Of a stretch of DNA of 64,000 nt, positions 24,595 through 31,585 are shown piece after piece (position 1 is the stretch's first letter; every line of letters starts with the position of its first letter). The stretch lies in the IMG/VR virus record IMGVR_UViG_3300045988_112022, one strand, 5' to 3'. Below the pieces are notes generated by a model. The model ran no database searches. It saw only the letters and a list, made by a program, of their open reading frames with translations, and was not told the origin of the DNA. A program made the position numbers and the translations under genes. Origin of the DNA: a virus.

Positions 24595-24924
24595 ATGTAT
24601 GAGAATTTCATCAATGAGATATCAACGAAAGTGATTGAAACAAGGGATGAATTTATATTTCAGACAATATCGTCGTGGATTGTAAATAATCACCAGATAA
24701 CCGTAAGCAAAGAGACATTATCTAAAGCTGTTGCACTTGTCAAAATGATGGAAGATCGCGGAGTTGATATTTGCGAAACTACAGTCAACGAGAAGATTTT
24801 ATATGATGAGTACATGCGTGGATACAGAAAAGGTTATCGAGAGGGTCGCGATGTGATAGTTGAAATCTTTGATGATAAGATGAAAGAGCTTAAAAACGAA
24901 ATTGCGGAGGAAGCGGTTAGATAA
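24595..24924 (+). CDS. hypothetical protein
   Basis: Track ORF. Confidence 0.6.
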   Translation: MYENFINEISTKVIETRDEFIFQTISSWIVNNHQITVSKETLSKAVALVKMMEDRGVDICETTVNEKILYDEYMRGYRKGYREGRDVIVEIFDDKMKELKNEIAEEAVR

Positions 24925-24933
24925 GGAAAAATA

Positions 24934-25449
24934 ATGGGTGATAAATTCAAACTGGTGCTAAAAATCGAAGAACGATTCAACGCAGGAAATGCTCAAAGGA
25001 AGGTTTTCGGTAAAATTAAAGGCAGACCTAATAAAAACATAGAGGTTATTCATCATAGCGGTGTCAAAGGAATGAAGTGGGGAGTGAGAAACGGTCCACC
25101 ATATCCAATCAAGAATAAAGGAAAGGTTGCAAAAGCTCAAAGCACATTGAAAAATGCTGATGGAAAAGATATAATCAGCGTAAATTATGTTGAATTAACT
25201 TGGAAACCAAATAGCATTACTCAGATTCAGAGAAAAAATGGTGGAATTGACCGAAATTATTATGATAGTTCCGGACGACAAATAAAACAAATTAGTAATC
25301 ATAATCACGGGCAGCCAAAACACCATCCATATGGGAAATATGGAGAACACGTACATGATTATATTTATGATATATCTGGAAAATTATGTGGTCGTCCAGT
25401 CAGAGAATTAACACAAAATGAACGAAGGGAAAATGGTGATATTTTATGA
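24934..25449 (+). CDS. protein with HxG..MKWGVR N-terminal motif and His-rich C-terminal module (toxin-like?)
   Basis: IHHSGVKGMKWGVRNGPPYP ... NHNHGQPKHHPYGKYGEHVHDY. Confidence 0.65.
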   Translation: MGDKFKLVLKIEERFNAGNAQRKVFGKIKGRPNKNIEVIHHSGVKGMKWGVRNGPPYPIKNKGKVAKAQSTLKNADGKDIISVNYVELTWKPNSITQIQRKNGGIDRNYYDSSGRQIKQISNHNHGQPKHHPYGKYGEHVHDYIYDISGKLCGRPVRELTQNERRENGDIL

Positions 25450-25676
25450 CAGAGTTTAATATGAAAGAATATCTTGGTAATTTGACAAGTCATGTTATGT
25501 TTGAATACAATGGATATTCTTGCGGTGTAGATCCATTGGCACGTGATAACTTTGATATGTGGTATGGTGATGAAAGCATGACGGCTCATTCTATTGATGA
25601 GGTTATGACTACAAAGTTCTTTGATGGAAAATCTCTGGAGAATATTTTGGATGATATAACGGATCTGGAGTATTAG
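25446..25676 (+). CDS. small acidic protein, translationally coupled to the previous gene (immunity-like?)
   Basis: ATGA overlap with 24934-25449. 76 aa, Asp/Glu-rich. Confidence 0.6.
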   Translation: MTEFNMKEYLGNLTSHVMFEYNGYSCGVDPLARDNFDMWYGDESMTAHSIDEVMTTKFFDGKSLENILDDITDLEY

Positions 25677-25710
25677 TCTATTTTGGTGGTAAGAGAGGAA
25701 TTGAATAAGT

Positions 25711-25737
25711 TCGCTAAAAATACAGTTCCTTTAATGA
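25711..25737 (+). promoter_or_regulatory. TCGCG-N16-TAATGA box, copy 18 (TCGCT variant)
   Basis: TCGCTAAAAATACAGTTCCTTTAATGA. Confidence 0.45.
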
Positions 25738-25752
25738 AAGGAGTGATATTAT

Positions 25753-25941
25753 ATGGCGAAAGACTATATTGTTAAAACGACTAAATACGGAAGAGATTGG
25801 AAAAAAATTGGTGAGGGTATTGATTTTTTAGAAGATGATAAGTTATATCGACTAGAATTTCATGCAAGAGGATTGATCCAATATATCCGCGCAAAAAGGG
25901 CGTTTAAACGAAACGAGAAATTCAAAATTTACACTTATTAA
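25753..25941 (+). CDS. hypothetical protein
   Basis: Track ORF with GAAAGGAG RBS. Confidence 0.6.
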   Translation: MAKDYIVKTTKYGRDWKKIGEGIDFLEDDKLYRLEFHARGLIQYIRAKRAFKRNEKFKIYTY

Positions 25942-25945
25942 AAGT

Positions 25946-25984
25946 AGAGACTCAGCGTAGAAATTACGTTGGGTCTCTTCTTTT
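25946..25984 (+). terminator. terminator, GACTCAGCGT..ACGTTGGGTC family
   Basis: AGAGACTCAGCGTA-GAAAT-TACGTTGGGTCTCT followed by TCTTTT. Confidence 0.65.
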
Positions 25985-26020
25985 ATATTCCATCACATTT
26001 ACAGAAAGGAGAATTTTAAA

Positions 26021-27082
26021 ATGATCAAATTAGAAAATGTAGTTCCGGCAAGCCTAGAGCAGATGGAGTTTATTATTCAAGGAATGAGGAATCCGATGAA
26101 CTCGTGGGAGAAGAGTGATAGTGGTAGAGGCTGCGCTGGCAAGTTATGCGGAAGCCATTGTGCGTTTAGTTCTCAGTGGTGTGGTAACACTCCGAAATAT
26201 GTAGTAGGAGAAGCCGATCACTCCCTCATGCAGCGCTTATCCAATGCTGGTACAGAACACCGTAAGTATTTAAGAATGATGCCGGTGTATGTGAGAATTA
26301 CGGCGTCTTTATATTGGTGGAAAGAATTTGATACTTATAAGGTTGGAACAGTTGCAAACTCTTGCAGTACAATGCATAAGATTGCGGAGAAAGAATTTAC
26401 GCTGGAGGATTTTTCGATAGAACATATCTGTATCCGGCAGTCGATGGATGTATTAAAGGAAACGATCGACACATTGAACGTATTCAGAGGCGTTTATTTG
26501 AATGGTGGAATTTTACGTTATGAGAACGGCAATATAAAATGCTTTGGTAAAAAAGATAAAGAAATTTGGTGGCAGCTTATTCAGCTTCTTCCGAGCAGCT
26601 ATAACCAGACTCGTAATGTTATGTTGAATTATGAGGTTCTGGCGAATATTTACAGACAGCGGAAAAATCATAAGCTGGATGAGTGGCGAGAGGTTTGTAA
26701 GTGGATTGAGAGCTTGCCGTACAGTGAGCTGATTACTGGACTTCCTATCGAGTCAGATCAGGCAGTTGAAGAAAAACGTTTTCCGCAGCCATTTCCTTGG
26801 AATAAGGACGATGTATATTGCGATAATTGTGAACATTTTCATGACTGCTTAAACAAAGGAGGTCTCGCTGACGTTACAACCAGTGATGATATTGTAAAAA
26901 ATGGTTTTGGACGACAACATTACGTTAACAAACCTGGGTATGATTGTCCGAAGAAGGTTCAGTCCCAACTTGCCGAAGATGATCCCATGAATTTTAGTGT
27001 TGGAAAAATTATTCATGATCTCATGGCTAAAGAACTTACCGAAGACGTTAAGAAACAGATTTTAGAGGAGGATTCGAAATGA
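26021..27082 (+). CDS. divergent ThyX-like protein with extra Cys clusters (function unknown)
   Basis: GTEHRKYLRMMPVYVRITASLYWWKEFDTYKVGTVANSCSTMH and LPSSYNQTRNVMLNYEVLANIYRQR parallel ThyX blocks. The RHR..S motif is not conserved. Cys clusters: CAGKLCGSHC..C and CDNCEHFHDC. Confidence 0.4.
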   Translation: MIKLENVVPASLEQMEFIIQGMRNPMNSWEKSDSGRGCAGKLCGSHCAFSSQWCGNTPKYVVGEADHSLMQRLSNAGTEHRKYLRMMPVYVRITASLYWWKEFDTYKVGTVANSCSTMHKIAEKEFTLEDFSIEHICIRQSMDVLKETIDTLNVFRGVYLNGGILRYENGNIKCFGKKDKEIWWQLIQLLPSSYNQTRNVMLNYEVLANIYRQRKNHKLDEWREVCKWIESLPYSELITGLPIESDQAVEEKRFPQPFPWNKDDVYCDNCEHFHDCLNKGGLADVTTSDDIVKNGFGRQHYVNKPGYDCPKKVQSQLAEDDPMNFSVGKIIHDLMAKELTEDVKKQILEEDSK

Positions 27083-27225
27083 TATTTTTAATAAAAATTT
27101 GTTTAGCAGTATTCATGCTTATCGATCTGCTCTTGGCATGGCGGTACGCAAACGATCGGGATATCTGTAAAGTTGTTATATTCTGTTCTGCTATTATATG
27201 CAGCATGTTGAGTCTTTGTAGATGA
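27079..27225 (+). CDS. 48-aa membrane peptide
   Basis: ATGA overlap with the previous gene. Product MIFLIKICLAVFMLIDLLLAWRYANDRDICKVVIFCSAIICSMLSLCR. Confidence 0.4.
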   Translation: MIFLIKICLAVFMLIDLLLAWRYANDRDICKVVIFCSAIICSMLSLCR

Positions 27226-27238
27226 GGAGAGAATCAAA

Positions 27239-27397
27239 ATGTTTGCTTTGGTATTCGGAGTGTTATTTGCGGTGTCGTTTTTAGGATTTGAGATAACCTC
27301 CAGGAGTAAATACAGCGCTGCGTCACATCTCATTTGGGGTGTGGCGTTTATTATTTTCACGGTATGTTATTACCTGCGCATTTTGCTACACAATTGA
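27239..27397 (+). CDS. 52-aa membrane peptide
   Basis: GAGGAGAG RBS. Product MFALVFGVLFAVSFLGFEITSRSKYSAASHLIWGVAFIIFTVCYYLRILLHN. Preferred over minus-strand track ORF 27103-27360. Confidence 0.45.
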   Translation: MFALVFGVLFAVSFLGFEITSRSKYSAASHLIWGVAFIIFTVCYYLRILLHN

Positions 27398-27653
27398 AAC
27401 ATCTGATTTACCGATGTGGGTTAAATTTTTATTATTAAAATGAGGAGGAATTGTGTATGAGATGTAACCGAAGAAGAGTAATGAATACGATACCGTCGAG
27501 TATGGACAAGAGCATCCTGAGTGGGCTGAAAAGATTATTGAGAAATTTTCAAAAGAGAATTAAGTTCGAAAGGTGGGACGAATGACAGTCACATCAACTA
27601 TTTTAGCTTTAATTATCATAGCGTGGGTTTTATTTAATTGGAGGAAAATCGAA

Positions 27654-28202
27654 ATGAAAAAATCAAATTGGAAATTAGTTCTTATTATTGTTGCAGGGAT
27701 TCTTGCAGTTGTCATGACAGGCGTATTCGGAGTGCAGAGTTCACAAAATAAAGCTTTTTCACTGGAGGAACAGGTGAATACAGCTGATTCAGACATCAAA
27801 GTTCAGGAAAAAAGACGTGTGGATCTGATTTATAACCTTGCAGATTGTGTAAAGCAGTATGATAAACACGAAGCTGATACACTTACCGCTATCGTAGAAG
27901 GGCGAGGCTCCACTGGAGATATTGAAAATGTTACCACTGCGATTGCAGCTGTAAGCGAAGCTTATCCGGAATTAAAATCAGATGAAAATTATAAGGAACT
28001 GATGAATGAACTCTCTATTACAGAAAATCTGATTGCAGAATATCGTAGCAATTATAATAAACAGATAAAATTGTACAGACGTTATATAAGAAAATTCCCT
28101 ACGCGAATCTTTTTGGATATTCTTGGATATGAGGTTCATGAGTATGCATATTTAGATTACGAAGCTCCTGTCGATGCTCCACAGAATCTGTTCGTGGAAT
28201 AA
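27654..28202 (+). CDS. lemA: LemA family membrane protein
   Basis: Track ORF 27573-28202. GGAGG RBS precedes the ATG at 27654. N-terminal TM helix plus EEQVNTADSDIKVQEKRRVDLIYNL...AYPELKSDENYKELMNELSITENLIAEYRSNYN...FP. Confidence 0.8.
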   Translation: MKKSNWKLVLIIVAGILAVVMTGVFGVQSSQNKAFSLEEQVNTADSDIKVQEKRRVDLIYNLADCVKQYDKHEADTLTAIVEGRGSTGDIENVTTAIAAVSEAYPELKSDENYKELMNELSITENLIAEYRSNYNKQIKLYRRYIRKFPTRIFLDILGYEVHEYAYLDYEAPVDAPQNLFVE

Positions 28203-28206
28203 GCTT

Positions 28207-28965
28207 ATGAATAAATGGAACGGATTTGATTTCGGAGACTTTAAAATCACAAAAAGAGAAATCTTAGCAAGTATATCTATCATTGCGGTTCTGTTACTTA
28301 TTGGCTTTATAATTTCTGGTAAAATCTCAGATCATGCGATGGACAAAAACGAAAAATACAATAAAGCAGTAAAGATTAAAGAACAGGATCTGTTTGAATA
28401 TGGTATGCGGACTGATATTGGAAACGCATTTATCTATGGCGATTTGGAAGCTGTCGACACTGTTACTTATCCGGAGATTGGTGGAAAGTATATGTATGTG
28501 CAAAAGGTCGAAGAACATTACACGAGACACACTCGTAAGGTGGCTCACACAAAGACTGTGAATGGAAAATCTCACACATATTATACAACTGAGGTTTATT
28601 GGTCATGGGATTATGTCGGGAGTGAGGATAAGACTTGTAAAGAGATATCTTTCTTGAAACATGTATTCTCAAGTAAGAAAATTCAATTACCGGATGATGA
28701 TTATATTGATACCTTAAAAGAATCATCTAATGTACGCTTCAAATACTATGGAGTTGGTTTGAAGTACACCGGAACGATATTTACAGAATTAAAAAATAAA
28801 ACAATAAAAAATAATTCGCCATTCTATGAAAATATGACGATTGATGAGACCGTGGAACACTTAGAATCCGATTTTGCATTATGGTTATTCTGGATTTTCT
28901 GGATATTTTTAATCGGAGCATGTGTCTACGGTTTTTATTATCTTGATAATGAATGGCTTGAATAA
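28207..28965 (+). CDS. membrane protein, partner of LemA (N- and C-terminal TM helices)
   Basis: Track ORF 28174-28965 with an ATG at 28207. Trp/Phe-rich C-terminal TM pair FALWLFWIFWIFLIGACVYGFYYL. Confidence 0.65.
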   Translation: MNKWNGFDFGDFKITKREILASISIIAVLLLIGFIISGKISDHAMDKNEKYNKAVKIKEQDLFEYGMRTDIGNAFIYGDLEAVDTVTYPEIGGKYMYVQKVEEHYTRHTRKVAHTKTVNGKSHTYYTTEVYWSWDYVGSEDKTCKEISFLKHVFSSKKIQLPDDDYIDTLKESSNVRFKYYGVGLKYTGTIFTELKNKTIKNNSPFYENMTIDETVEHLESDFALWLFWIFWIFLIGACVYGFYYLDNEWLE

Positions 28966-29036
28966 AAAAGAAAAGGAGATTAAAGAAATGAGCGAAGAAA
29001 TAAAGAGAGAGAAAACAACAATAGAGGGAGAGTATT

Positions 29037-29261
29037 ATGAAACAGATACTTTTAGTAGACATACTTGCGATCTTGAGAAATAACGAAACAATTTATCTTT
29101 ACGAGTCACCTAATCATTCAATCGGGTCATTCTATGTTGATAGTCTGCTTGCCTATCTCAGCGATGCAGCGATATTAAACAGGGAAGTGCAGCTTATCGA
29201 AACAACGACCTCAGGTAGTATCTGCATTACGCTTAAATCAAATAAAGAAAAGGAGAAGTAA
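29037..29261 (+). CDS. hypothetical protein
   Basis: Track ORF with GAGGGAGAG RBS. Confidence 0.55.
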   Translation: MKQILLVDILAILRNNETIYLYESPNHSIGSFYVDSLLAYLSDAAILNREVQLIETTTSGSICITLKSNKEKEK

Positions 29262-29270
29262 TTATTTTTT

Positions 29271-29297
29271 TCGCGTTGAAAACATCTCCTATAATGA
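29271..29297 (+). promoter_or_regulatory. TCGCG-N16-TAATGA box, copy 19
   Basis: TCGCGTTGAAAACATCTCCTATAATGA. Near-identical 5' half to copy 8. Confidence 0.5.
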
Positions 29298-29325
29298 GAA
29301 AATTATTTTAAGGAGGAATTTGGTT

Positions 29326-29535
29326 ATGGCAAATCTGAAAACATTGAAAACAGTAGGAGTAGTGATAACAGGTGTGACTGGTGTGTTAGCATGGTACAAT
29401 TCTTGCAAAAGTTGTGTGTCAATAGAGGATGATGACACCACAAGCGTTGCAATTAGAAAGGCCACTGACAGCATAACATACGGCATTCTGTACGGCAGTT
29501 GTGTTAAAATGATTTGTGATGTGTACAACAAATAA
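29326..29535 (+). CDS. small membrane protein
   Basis: Track ORF 29320-29535. AAGGAGG RBS precedes the ATG at 29326. Confidence 0.6.
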   Translation: MANLKTLKTVGVVITGVTGVLAWYNSCKSCVSIEDDDTTSVAIRKATDSITYGILYGSCVKMICDVYNK

Positions 29536-29552
29536 TTTTATCGAAGACATTG

Positions 29553-29588
29553 GACTCAGCGTTAAATACGTTGGGTCTTTTGTTTTTT
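29553..29588 (+). terminator. terminator, GACTCAGCGT..ACGTTGGGTC family
   Basis: GACTCAGCGT-TAAAT-ACGTTGGGTC followed by TTTTGTTTTTT. Confidence 0.65.
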
Positions 29589-29624
29589 ATTTAAACTATT
29601 TTAATAAAGAAAGGATTCGCATTA

Positions 29625-29747
29625 ATGCTACATATTTTAGCTATCGGCAGCGTTGTGCTCGGTGTATTTGAATATTTATTAGCCAGCGATAAAGCAGATC
29701 AGATCAAGGGTCTGCTTTTAATTATCTTAGCTGCTGTTATTATGTAA
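29625..29747 (+). CDS. 40-aa membrane peptide
   Basis: Product MLHILAIGSVVLGVFEYLLASDKADQIKGLLLIILAAVIM, after AAAGGA. Confidence 0.35.
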   Translation: MLHILAIGSVVLGVFEYLLASDKADQIKGLLLIILAAVIM

Positions 29748-29789
29748 ACTAAAAATTATATCCATACAAAACGATAAGGAGGATTAGCT

Positions 29790-30455
29790 ATGATGTTGAA
29801 TTTTAACAGTTATGAAGATCTCAAAGACAAACTGCAGATTCGTATTTATGATCCTGATTTCAGTCGTAATTTATTGGAAGGAAAAGTTGTAACTCATATT
29901 GGCGATTTCGCTCTGGTTTATATGGCTACCTTGTATGAATCAGAAAAAAGACTGGGTAATCTGATGTTTACTCAGGAGTTGATGGATGTGCTTGGGATTG
30001 ATATTCAGACATTACATAGGGATGCCATGATCAGCGATATGAATTACGAACCGGTATTATTCACTACTGAGGATCTCATTGAAGCGTTTGCCCTTAAAAA
30101 ACCATTGTTTGCGATTAATTTATTCAATAGAAAAGTTCGTATGCGAGGTGATAAGTTACCGATGCTGACGCTCACTAAAGGTAATCAGATGAACGGAGCC
30201 AGTTTGATATTACATAAGAGCATTCGGAAGAAGATCGGAGATATCGTCGGTGGTAACTTTTATGTTCTCCCATCATCCATTCATGAAGTCATGATTATTC
30301 CGGAAGAGGGGTTTGAAGCAGGCGAATTATCCAAACTGGTATCCACGTGTAATTCCCAATTATACACAGAAGCAAATTCAAAAGATATTTTATCAGATAA
30401 GGTTCAGTGGTGCAGTATGGACGGAGAAATTCTCAGGAGAGCAGAAAATGAATAG
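29790..30455 (+). CDS. hypothetical protein (DUF5688-like by recollection)
   Basis: Track ORF with AAGGAGG RBS. FYVLPSSIHEVMIIP motif. Confidence 0.65.
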   Translation: MMLNFNSYEDLKDKLQIRIYDPDFSRNLLEGKVVTHIGDFALVYMATLYESEKRLGNLMFTQELMDVLGIDIQTLHRDAMISDMNYEPVLFTTEDLIEAFALKKPLFAINLFNRKVRMRGDKLPMLTLTKGNQMNGASLILHKSIRKKIGDIVGGNFYVLPSSIHEVMIIPEEGFEAGELSKLVSTCNSQLYTEANSKDILSDKVQWCSMDGEILRRAENE

Positions 30456-30846
30456 AGCAGAAATGAGACGTATGAAGCGAGAACAGGAGAAAGCTCATAC
30501 CGCAACCTACAACCTGACGCAGGCGCAGCTGGACGCTATCGTTCAGGAAAAAATCGGGGTTAAGATCGCCGAGACTAAGAAAGATGTTTATGAAGAAACT
30601 GTTAATACTGTACTAGCGTTGGTTCTCACCCTGCCATTAGAAGTGCTCATGGATCACTATTGGCCTAAATCATATCGTGAACGACTTCCGGGATTCGTGG
30701 GTAAAGTTCTGGAATATTACGGACGTTGGGAAGACGGTGAATTGGATATGGATAAGCTCAAAGAAGATTTATGGGAATATGGCGGAATCCGGTTGGAACC
30801 AGCGCAGATAGATATGGAGGATATTTCAAAGAATAATGAAAAATGA
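30448..30846 (+). CDS. hypothetical protein
   Basis: In-frame ATG at 30448 within track ORF 30313-30846, overlapping the previous stop. Confidence 0.6.
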   Translation: MNRAEMRRMKREQEKAHTATYNLTQAQLDAIVQEKIGVKIAETKKDVYEETVNTVLALVLTLPLEVLMDHYWPKSYRERLPGFVGKVLEYYGRWEDGELDMDKLKEDLWEYGGIRLEPAQIDMEDISKNNEK

Positions 30847-31081
30847 TTTAAAGCGGAATGGGTCTGGATGTCTGGACCCTACTGCATATCAGGCTATTAT
30901 GAACGCCGATGCTGTGTCATCGGTGGATAAAGCAAATAGGTACAAACGTAGAGAAAACGATTCAGAGGAACGACTCAATAAATTACTCACTGCTATATTC
31001 GCTATTTGTGACGCTTCGGATTTTCATATTGAAGAGAGGATCGTAGTTAAGGATAAACGGACCGGGAAGATTTGGAGGTAG
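30836..31081 (+). CDS. hypothetical protein
   Basis: Track ORF. Confidence 0.55.
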   Translation: MKNDLKRNGSGCLDPTAYQAIMNADAVSSVDKANRYKRRENDSEERLNKLLTAIFAICDASDFHIEERIVVKDKRTGKIWR

Positions 31082-31085
31082 TGGG

Positions 31086-31268
31086 ATGAGTAAAAAGAAA
31101 GGGAGACCGAAGAAAGATTTCGCTCGGGAGTACCAGTATCGAGTGCGTTTATCACTTGGCGATATTTATACTTTAGAATATATACAGGAAGTGACTGGTA
31201 AAACAAAGGCCGAAATTTTCAGAGATGGATTGAAAGCGGAGTATGAAAAGGCGAGACGGCTTGATTAA
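31086..31268 (+). CDS. small ribbon-helix-helix-like DNA-binding protein
   Basis: Basic N-terminus KKKGRPKKDFAREYQYRVRLSLGDIYTLEYIQEVTGKTKAEIFRDGL fits a beta-strand plus two helices. Sits directly upstream of the iteron array. Confidence 0.5.
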   Translation: MSKKKGRPKKDFAREYQYRVRLSLGDIYTLEYIQEVTGKTKAEIFRDGLKAEYEKARRLD

Positions 31269-31283
31269 TTGGATATCCAAAAA
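31269..31283. repeat. iteron 1 (type A: GATTAATTGGATATCCAAAAAAT)
   Basis: Core TTGGATATCCAAAAA contains the 12-bp palindrome TTGGATATCCAA. Confidence 0.9.
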
Positions 31284-31300
31284 ATGCGAAAAATGAATTA

Positions 31301-31315
31301 TTGGATATCCAAAAA
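31301..31315. repeat. iteron 2 (type B: GAATTATTGGATATCCAAAAAGTC)
   Basis: 32 bp from iteron 1. Confidence 0.9.
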
Positions 31316-31367
31316 GTCACGAATATTAATCGTTGCAGGAGGTACAGGTTTGAATTATTGGATATCC

Positions 31368-31382
31368 AAAAAGTCTACGAAA
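31368..31382. repeat. iteron 3 (type B)
   Basis: 67 bp from iteron 2. Confidence 0.9.
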
Positions 31383-31399
31383 CGATTAATTGGATATCC

Positions 31400-31414
31400 A
31401 AAAAATCGGAAATT
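31400..31414. repeat. iteron 4 (type A)
   Basis: 32 bp from iteron 3. Confidence 0.9.
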
Positions 31415-31460
31415 AGCCCAAAATAGGCTAAAAATGGCTTAAAATGGCTATTTTCATCAT

Positions 31461-31548
31461 GGTACTGTAGTACCGATCTAATTAGCTATCTTATTTATTT
31501 AAAAAATTGAATTTTTCGTATAGCTAATATACATTGTACTACAGTACC
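31461..31548. repeat. long imperfect inverted repeat around an AT-rich core
   Basis: Outer arms GGTACTGTAGTACC (31461-31474) and GTACTACAGTACC (31536-31548). Inner arms TTAGCTAT (31482-31489) and ATAGCTAA (31520-31527). Confidence 0.85.
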
Positions 31549-31585
31549 ACCATTTATTGTACGTACAATAAAGAAAGGAGATTCT

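Noticed and set aside
27103-27360. 85-aa minus-strand ORF.
   Set aside because: Two + strand membrane-peptide ORFs (27079 and 27239) with an ATGA overlap or RBS explain the region better. They also keep the uniform gene orientation.
31265-31416. Possible CRISPR array, suggested by four direct repeats.
   Set aside because: There are only four short repeats (15-28 bp) with irregular 32/67/32 spacing. The core is palindromic, the copies form an ABBA arrangement, and there are no cas genes or leader. It fits protein-binding iterons much better.
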